DNA of 64,000 nt. Source: a virus. The DNA lies in the IMG/VR virus record IMGVR_UViG_3300037258_000514, positions 64,001 to 128,000 of that record; one strand, given 5' to 3'. The notes under the pieces were generated by a model. It was not told where the DNA came from, searched no databases, and saw nothing but the letters and a program-made list of their open reading frames with translations. The position numbers and the translations under genes are program-made. Of the stretch, positions 57,273-64,000 are shown piece by piece. The number at the start of each line of letters is the position of its first letter. Position 1 is the stretch's first letter.

Positions 57273-57484
57273 TTCATCACCTTGAAGAACAAATCCTGCA
57301 TTAAGACAGCGTTTTTTCGTACCGAGCGAGTTAAAGTGCGCGCTCCCTCTATATATCTGTAGATGTTATAGTCTTGAAACCCTTTTTCCTGGCATCTTCG
57401 CTTGCTTCTTCAGAAGGACGCGTTGCTTGGTAAGGCGCATCTGATTGCTTAGTAAGCATCATAATTTGATTAGAAGTAGACAAT

Positions 57485-57532
57485 TTAAGTCTTCTGTTCC
57501 GCTCACTTCGGTGAACGGAACGCAGGACTTAA
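57485..57532. terminator. strong hairpin (terminator or processing signal)
   Basis: TTAAGTCTT..GTTCCG.TCAC-TTCG-GTGA.CGGAAC..AGGACTTAA just after the stop of 57545..58492. Confidence 0.45.
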
Positions 57533-57544
57533 CCTGCGTTTACC

Positions 57545-58492
57545 TTAGTCTTCGAATCTTACAGCGCGCATCGGAGCGTCAACCAAAGCCTTGTCCAATT
57601 CAGCTTTGATTTGTTCAAAGCCTGCTTGTACGCCTGCTCTCATTGACTCGTTAGTCCTTAACATATCAGGAGTAACGTCGTTGATAAGAGCCTTTGCTTG
57701 ATCAGCAAGTTTGTCTAAGTTCTCATTGCCTGTTAGATTTCTAACTTTGAGAACTTTCAGGAAGTCAGTCAGATTATCGAGCATCGAATCTCTGAAAACT
57801 TTCTTCTTTCCTTCTTCTGCTGGAGACAACCTTTCAACAAGATGTCCAACAAGTTCGTTCATTCCCGAGTAGAGGACTTGCTCTGCTACGTTACCCGCCT
57901 CTACCCATTTCTGAACCATCTTGTCAGCTTCTCTTGCAGCTACTTCTGCGCTGATCTCTTTTAGTTTCGCATCAACTGAGAACTGAACATATTGCCAACT
58001 AAAGTAAAAGCTAGCTCTATATGCTTCCTTTGTAAGGTAGTCATTGGGATCAAAAAGATCGCCTAGGGAGGCTTTTGCTTCTTCAAGATCGTGTTCGTAA
58101 GCATTAAAACAATTCTCAATCAATGGTAAACGTCCGGCTTGGTGTTGTGTAAGTTCGTTTTCTGTTTCGTTAAACAGGTCGATGGGCAACATATACATCG
58201 CTCTCTTTAACGGGAAGGGAATACAACGTCGAGAAAGGAACTCATCAATCTTAGCATCAAAGTTAAACAACTTCTTCAGTGCTTGTGAATTGAAGAGATC
58301 CTTTGAAACGTGAATGCGTTTCTTGTTCGCGTTCACTTGTATCTCAGAAGAGCTAACTGTCTTCGATAGGCTAGGCCACCTACGGCTAACCGTAAGGATA
58401 ACAGCTGAATCCATAATGTTGTTCTTGGGCTTAACTGTTGGGTTAACTTCGTTGTGTTGCGTTGAGGGCATTTCAATTACTTCTGCTGTCAT
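57545..58492 (-). CDS. DUF3150-like protein, C terminus RAVRFED
   Basis: SKDLF, LGDLFDPNDY, KKVFRDS...L..F; typical neighbour of DUF2997/DUF1257/AAA genes. Confidence 0.65.
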   Translation of the reverse strand: MTAEVIEMPSTQHNEVNPTVKPKNNIMDSAVILTVSRRWPSLSKTVSSSEIQVNANKKRIHVSKDLFNSQALKKLFNFDAKIDEFLSRRCIPFPLKRAMYMLPIDLFNETENELTQHQAGRLPLIENCFNAYEHDLEEAKASLGDLFDPNDYLTKEAYRASFYFSWQYVQFSVDAKLKEISAEVAAREADKMVQKWVEAGNVAEQVLYSGMNELVGHLVERLSPAEEGKKKVFRDSMLDNLTDFLKVLKVRNLTGNENLDKLADQAKALINDVTPDMLRTNESMRAGVQAGFEQIKAELDKALVDAPMRAVRFED

Positions 58493-59008
58493 TGTTGATT
58501 ACCTTCCTTTTCACAATTTAGTGATGAGTAATCCGCTGAACCTGTAAGAAACTCTATAAAATCGTACACGAGTTCAGGACCAGATTGAGGCTGGCTTTCA
58601 GCTTTTGATATTTCAAGTAAATAAGCGGCCATATTTTTCGAGCAGAAATGCTCAAGTATAAATTGTTGTTGTATTTGTTTCATTCTTCCCCTTTTAGATT
58701 AAGTAAGGACTACTCCCTACGGCGGAAGCCGTATTCTTTTTGTACAAGACTAACAAGTACAGCTCTTACTTTGTTTTCCTTCTCTTATTCCAAGTAAATA
58801 AGCTAAAGCGAGCATTCGATCTAATTCTAGAAGCTGATGCTCCTGATACGGATCCACATGAAGCGCAAGCGTTGTAATAAAATCAGTTGCTGCTACACTA
58901 TTTACTTCATTTGCCATTCCGCCTTCAATGAGAAGCGCTACTATTTCTGTTCTATTTACATGTAGACGCTTTTCGCATTCTGCTGCTAATTTAGCAGCCC
59001 AGGTTAAT

Positions 59009-59413
59009 TCAAACATATTTCACCACGATGTATCGTTTGTTCTTCTTTTCTGTTTTCACTTCTGCTCCAGCCTCTCTAGCCCAAGCAACAGGGTCACCTG
59101 GATACTCAGGACAAAGTTCTGCGCATTGGTCGTAAGTAACGATATTCTTGTTAGCTTTAGCCAATGAAAAGAAAGCAAAGGCTATTACATCACCCTTGCT
59201 TCCTGGTTTTAGTTTGCTTTGACTTTTCTTATTTTCTTCTTTAGCTGCTGTTGTTACAGTTTTGTTATACGCTCTAGCTAACGCGTGTCCTGTAACCTCA
59301 TCAAGCCACTTATCTAAGCCAATTTCACGAATCCGTAGACGATCTTCTTTGTTCAATCCACTGTAGTCAATGTAACAACGTCCACCAGTTTGTAATGGTA
59401 AGGGGTTTGACAT
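59009..59413 (-). CDS. hypothetical protein
   Basis: ORF in operon. Confidence 0.55.
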   Translation of the reverse strand: MSNPLPLQTGGRCYIDYSGLNKEDRLRIREIGLDKWLDEVTGHALARAYNKTVTTAAKEENKKSQSKLKPGSKGDVIAFAFFSLAKANKNIVTYDQCAELCPEYPGDPVAWAREAGAEVKTEKKNKRYIVVKYV

Positions 59414-59414
59414 C

Positions 59415-60101
59415 TTATCCCTCTACGGTAATCAAGCGTTCAGGATTAAAATCTACAGCACGCATTTCAGCATGTTGCTGAAGTTTGTTCCTTTCTTCAG
59501 CAAGTTGTTGTTTAGCCTCGGCAAGATGTTTTTCTTTCTCTGCCTTTAAACGGTCCTCGTTTTGCTTCTCGTAAATAGCCTTATTTGCTGCGTATTCGGC
59601 TTCCCACTCCGCAGATTGTTTCGCTCGTTTATCCGCCTTTCTTTGTAGACGCGCAGCAGTTAATACTTCCTGATGAGCCTGCCTTTGCTTCCAAACTTCA
59701 GGGTCGTCTGAAGTTGTAAACGCTGTGTAATACGAATCAAAAGGAATGTGTATATGAAACCACTTTCCATCGGATGTTATTTTATAATCTCCCTGATTAA
59801 ATCCGGCAGTTTTTAGTGTTGTAATTGCAGTTGCAGCACGTTGAATATTAATATTCACGCCACCTGATTCGTAATTCATCAGCCAGATTACGTCTCTGTA
59901 TTGATATTTATGTCCACTCATGTCTGCATTGGCATTGCCGAACGGTTTGCCGATTGCTTCAAGCAGGATTCTTATTGCTTTTCCTGCTTCATCGAACGTT
60001 AATGTTCGGCAGCTCCCAGAGCGCAATGCTTCTTCCCACGACCTAATTTCTAGTTCAGGATCAAGCTCTTGCAGTTGTGTTATGTAATCTTTTACTTTCA
60101 T
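59415..60101 (-). CDS. hypothetical protein
   Basis: 228 aa; ends EMRAVDFNPERLITVEG. Confidence 0.6.
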   Translation of the reverse strand: MKVKDYITQLQELDPELEIRSWEEALRSGSCRTLTFDEAGKAIRILLEAIGKPFGNANADMSGHKYQYRDVIWLMNYESGGVNINIQRAATAITTLKTAGFNQGDYKITSDGKWFHIHIPFDSYYTAFTTSDDPEVWKQRQAHQEVLTAARLQRKADKRAKQSAEWEAEYAANKAIYEKQNEDRLKAEKEKHLAEAKQQLAEERNKLQQHAEMRAVDFNPERLITVEG

Positions 60102-60376
60102 TGACCATCCTTTCTTGTTTAGCGCATGTTGAAATAGATTGTTTTTGCAAGTGACATTACTTCCTCTCTCCTAACAGGTCTTGAACTTTGTCACACGGAA
60201 CTGTTGCTATACTCGTTACATACGACCATCCGTAAGTATAGGAGTTAATAGCGGCAAAACAAATACCAGTTCTTTGATCTTTGAAGTAGCTAATCGTTTG
60301 GCTTGGTTCTATCTTGTCAGGTTTATCGTTGGATTGACACGAAGTTAGAAATAGTGCAGCAGTAAGAACCAGTGTT

Positions 60377-60709
60377 TTAAGCAGGCGACTCTGTGTTTTC
60401 ATACTCTCCTTTAGAGAAAAGAACCCTCTCAATATATGAAACCTCTTCAGCTAAAGCATCAGCACGAAGCTTATGCTTTCCTAGCTTCGTACCATCTATC
60501 ATTGTTGCTTGCCACATGCCGTCTTCTGTTGGTTCGACATTACTAACACGACAAACGCTGGCTTGCCCCTCACGGAGCAAGTCAGCTAATCTGTCGTCGT
60601 ATATGAAGGCTATACGGCCTTCTTTACTGATTGAGAGTTTGAGTTTCTGGTCTGGCATACATCTCCATTGTTGGTTCGTCGCTTGATACTTTGCCGAGTG
60701 CTTCTTCAA
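60377..60709 (-). CDS. conserved hypothetical protein (RxSxVEP...W...LG...R..AL..E)
   Basis: motif pattern; likely start MPDQKL. Confidence 0.6.
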   Translation of the reverse strand: MKKHSAKYQATNQQWRCMPDQKLKLSISKEGRIAFIYDDRLADLLREGQASVCRVSNVEPTEDGMWQATMIDGTKLGKHKLRADALAEEVSYIERVLFSKGEYENTESPA

Positions 60710-60806
60710 GATTGCGCGTTAACTCTTTGCAACTACTTCCTGAAACACCATTAACAAAGATGGAAACTTTACCATCTTTTGGAATTAACACTTTGATTGT
60801 TTGCAT
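60624..60806 (-). CDS. DUF2997-family protein
   Basis: I..DGKV...V.GV.G.SC..LT..LEEALG.V......E.Y. Confidence 0.8.
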   Translation of the reverse strand: MQTIKVLIPKDGKVSIFVNGVSGSSCKELTRNLEEALGKVSSDEPTMEMYARPETQTLNQ

Positions 60807-60808
60807 AG

Positions 60809-61249
60809 TTAGTTCTTTACCGCCTCAAGCTCAATCGTTCCATCCTTGAGCGTAGTTGTTCGGATTTCGAATCCAAACGGAATGTTCTTCTTCGCAACTT
60901 CCAACTGATAGTTTTGGATCAGGTTAGAAGCATTGGAACCTACCTTTGCTTCCAAACCATATCCTCCACCGAAGAAGTCGTAAAGTAGAGTGTAGCCAGA
61001 CTTTGCAGTGCGGCTCTTTACAACACCAACTTCGTAAGCGTTTTTGTTTCCAGGCACACGAAGAGCATGATCACACTTACCAAGATCCTTCTCGCTAAAG
61101 CCGGCAGGGACCGGATAATCTCCTACGCTATGTCCCCACCACTTATATGAATGTTGATCACGAACAAATTCTAATCCAATATTCTTAGCTGCTTTTTCAA
61201 GACAACCTAAATCCTTAATTTCACAATCTATCGTTACAACGTGTGACAT
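60809..61249 (-). CDS. DUF1257-family protein
   Basis: MSHVVTI..EIKD...L, YEVGV, Y.L.YD, L.Q.Y, DG.I.L. Confidence 0.75.
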   Translation of the reverse strand: MSHVVTIDCEIKDLGCLEKAAKNIGLEFVRDQHSYKWWGHSVGDYPVPAGFSEKDLGKCDHALRVPGNKNAYEVGVVKSRTAKSGYTLLYDFFGGGYGLEAKVGSNASNLIQNYQLEVAKKNIPFGFEIRTTTLKDGTIELEAVKN

Positions 61250-61889
61250 TTGTTATATCCTCCATTAGTTTATTTATACCGTTGTTCTTGAACTTACCTG
61301 TTAAATCTGTGACTATAATAAATTCGGCGTTATTTTCTGCGCACCATCCCTCTGCTGCCGCAAATTTTCTTGGATTATCATAACAATCCAAGAAACACTT
61401 TGGTTTTACCTCAACAAGAAATTTCTTTGTCCTTATGCTGTAAAGCATAAAATCAGGTACGTATTTCTTCTTGTATCCTGATTCAGATATGTAGGCTATT
61501 CTAATTGGTTCATATTCAAATCTTTCTACAAAAGGATTTTCTTCCAAGAATCTAATGTAGTAACGCTCAAAGCTGCTTCTACAATAGAAATTTCCTCCTT
61601 TTTCAGTTTGAATATAGCCTCCACAAAACTTACCGCGCTTTGATATAAGATTCTCTTTTCCTATAGATCTAAGAATCTTCTTTACGGAATGTAAATTAAT
61701 TCCTGATATACTCCGTAGTTCAGAAGCGTTAAGTAATGAATGCTGTTCGAGTAATGATACAACTACTCGACGCTTTCCCGCAAAATCCAGTTGTTCTTTG
61801 TGCTTCACGTATTTTTGTATTTGCTCATCTGGCGAAGTGCGCCATCGAATTTTCATTTCTTCCTGACGATCTTTTAAAGATTGAATCAT
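61221..61889 (-). CDS. TnsA-like endonuclease
   Basis: RSSFE...FEYEP..I.Y...YVPDF...LVEVKP...KF.AA. Confidence 0.8.
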   Translation of the reverse strand: MIQSLKDRQEEMKIRWRTSPDEQIQKYVKHKEQLDFAGKRRVVVSLLEQHSLLNASELRSISGINLHSVKKILRSIGKENLISKRGKFCGGYIQTEKGGNFYCRSSFERYYIRFLEENPFVERFEYEPIRIAYISESGYKKKYVPDFMLYSIRTKKFLVEVKPKCFLDCYDNPRKFAAAEGWCAENNAEFIIVTDLTGKFKNNGINKLMEDITNVTRCNDRL

Positions 61890-61898
61890 TAAGTAATA

Positions 61899-61927
61899 AT
61901 GGTATCAAAAATCGTAAAAATCGTCAA
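61899..61927 (-). promoter_or_regulatory. sigma70-like promoter for the endonuclease
   Basis: TTGACG-17 nt-TACCAT, ATG 9 nt downstream. Confidence 0.6.
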
Positions 61928-62379
61928 GCATTTCTTTAAGTTACAGTTTTTTCTTCGCCCCTTTCTTCTTTGTTTTCTTGGTAATATCCTTCACATACAC
62001 CTTTACAAGTGGGGATGCAAAAGGTCTGTTTCTGTATCCACATTGCGACTTCAATGTAAATTCATGAAACCACATCTTTACCTTCCCACCCCACTTAATC
62101 TTCATGCCGCAGTTATTGCAGCGATGCAAAATCTTATACGTTTTGAGAATTTTCAACTTTCACTCCTACTGAATGCTTTGTGGTTTGTGCAGTTTAAGGT
62201 CTATTCTTTCTCCGTCTATTATCCATAGCGCTTGTTTAATAATTTCTTCTGCATCCCAATATTTCTTACGCAGCGTGCCTTCTCTGTTTTTGTAATTAGC
62301 TAGAAGATACGACCAAGCATTAATCAGCTTAGTCTTTCCTGGTTCTTCTCTTTCAGCTAAAGGCGTAGCCCGACTGTAA

Positions 62380-62850
62380 TTAATTTTCAACTATTACTCC
62401 TGTTTCCTGTAAGATGTAATAGTCAATTACGTTTGCTACAACTTGCGCGCGCTCTTTTAGAAGAATTGCATTTTCAAATCTTACCTGATCTTCTTCGCGC
62501 CAATCGCCCACGTAGAATAGCCAATCGTCTTGATGACGATCGCTAATCCTGAGAAGTGCCCGCGCTACTCTAGCATCGCTTCCTTCAAACTTAGCTCTTT
62601 CTTCTTCAGGAGAGAGCAATACGCTCCATCCTGCTATACATCCTGCAGTTCCACACGATGGTAGATTAAAAGCAAATCCACAATCCATAATTGGTTCACC
62701 CGCAAATCCTCTTCTAACATATCCACCCATTATCAAGCGAGCGGGCTCTTCAAGAATGTGCTTCTTTACCTCAAGTAGTAGCTCGATGTTGAGGTTTGGG
62801 TTGGGATAATTAGTTGTACCAACGGCGTTTTCCATCTTTCGGTTCCTCAT
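62380..62850 (-). CDS. hypothetical protein
   Basis: CGTAGCIAGW motif. Confidence 0.6.
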   Translation of the reverse strand: MRNRKMENAVGTTNYPNPNLNIELLLEVKKHILEEPARLIMGGYVRRGFAGEPIMDCGFAFNLPSCGTAGCIAGWSVLLSPEEERAKFEGSDARVARALLRISDRHQDDWLFYVGDWREEDQVRFENAILLKERAQVVANVIDYYILQETGVIVEN

Positions 62851-63441
62851 TCCTAAATTCTTCTATAGTCGCATCATCTTCTTCAATAATCGAATTACAA
62901 TCAATGCAACGACGAGGCCCAGTTACATCTGTTTCCTCTTCAACCCATGTTTTATCGCATTGTATACATGTTAGTCTAACGTATATTGTTTCATATGACA
63001 TAACTCCTCCAGAAGATGCTCTTTTACTAAGAGCATCTACATGCAAAAGTTACTTCCTCACAATATAACCAATGGCTTCGAGCCAAGCGATAAAGCCCGC
63101 AATAGACATAAGTGAGAACAAGAACTTTAGCACTATGTTGAATATATCAGTTGTTTTCCAAATTACAGCCAGAAACAAAAACACTACGGCTGCGCTAAAC
63201 ATATAAAGTTGGTATAGATGTGTCAATTTTTTCTCTCCTTTCCGCATTCCTCAAAGAAATGCATCGCACTTATCTGTATTTCACTCATTGCTCACCTTCT
63301 CATCGTAAGCAGCCTCAAAAAGCTTCTTAGCTACGTCATAGTGAATATGACGCAGTGATTGATAGATCAAGTTACAAATCGAACAGGCTTGATTTGCATG
63401 ATCGTAGACAGGCGCTTCTTCACAGAATCGACACATCATGC

Positions 63442-64000
63442 TCATGCTTCACCTACTTTCGTATCAAGATTTACAATTCGTCCTTGATCAGAATCTTGCG
63501 TTTGTTTTACGTTACTGAATGTGTAAACACCGCTCTTGCTAGCGGATAGATACTTTCGATCTGCCATTCTGCGCAGTTCTTCAATCCTCTTTGGATCAGC
63601 CCTTATGACTGGAACGATGTAACATGCTGCTTCCTCAAGCGTAATGCGTAATTGCCATGCCAACATGCAGCAATCGTGGATATTTCTTGGGGTCCATCCA
63701 TCCTCGTTAGACGGTAGTGGGTGGTCCAACTTATATTTAGTTTTCCATACGTCCCACACTGCCATTCTTTCTTCCCTTGTCGGCAAATCAAAGAAGAACG
63801 TTCCGAGATTAAATCTGTCCTTTAATTCTGACGACAAGGCACTCTCATCATTGCAAGTAGCAATCACAAGTGGCTTGCCTGACGCAACAATTGCAGCAAG
63901 AGCGTTCTTCAACTGCTGAGTTGACTGTCCAACAAACTGTCCCTTCAACTCAGAAATGTTATTGATAATAAGTGGAATCTTATACTCTCCAGCCAGCGCC
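63442..64000 (-). CDS. AAA+ ATPase (Ycf46-like), 5' part outside the window
   Basis: KGQFVGQS, VIATCN...L..EL..RF...FFFDLPTREER..VW, I..LR..A..KYLSAS. Confidence 0.85.
   Translation of the reverse strand, partial: ALAGEYKIPLIINNISELKGQFVGQSTQQLKNALAAIVASGKPLVIATCNDESALSSELKDRFNLGTFFFDLPTREERMAVWDVWKTKYKLDHPLPSNEDGWTPRNIHDCCMLAWQLRITLEEAACYIVPVIRADPKRIEELRRMADRKYLSASKSGVYTFSNVKQTQDSDQGRIVNLDTKVGEA

Noticed and set aside
1161-63919. Plus-strand ORFs in the track other than 14533..15075, and short ORFs spanning tRNAs or ncRNAs (e.g. 29551..29919, 32426..32680, 26511..26702)
   Set aside because: Antisense shadows of minus-strand genes or read-throughs of RNA genes, with no RBS or protein motifs.
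1-64000. Stop-codon reassignment
   Set aside because: Long conserved genes are intact under code 11, all three stops are used, and there is no suppressor tRNA in the array.

Overview
Fragment of a large (jumbo-type) bacteriophage genome, almost entirely encoded on the minus strand. 1-13 kb: 7-deazaguanine DNA-modification genes (DpdA-like transglycosylase, FolE, QueC), a DUF2156-like tRNA-dependent acyltransferase, a primase-like gene, nucleases and an isolated composite tRNA-like RNA. 17-35 kb: an array of 34 tRNA genes (19 amino acids, no intact Pro) with a two-piece tmRNA, a frameshifted GGQ release-factor-like gene, nine free-standing endonucleases placed just upstream of or running into RNA genes (six are paralogs of one His-Me-finger family), and about a dozen unannotated structured spacer RNAs. 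Five of these spacer RNAs carry six copies of an AG(C/A)A-CC(TA/GC)GG-A loop. 36-39 kb: a Ro60/TROVE gene with a family of six Yrl-like Y RNAs (one lies in the tRNA array); they share a covarying scaffold but carry different inserts, including a complete circularly permuted tRNA. 44-64 kb: a NARP1-type NAD+ reconstitution pair, rIIA/rIIB-like genes, an SNF2 helicase, TnsA-like endonucleases and a DUF3150/DUF2997/DUF1257/AAA cluster in which several unrelated proteins share a C-terminal RxVR(L/F)(E/D)D motif. All RNA folds were paired by eye and all family calls come from motif recognition; no searches were run.
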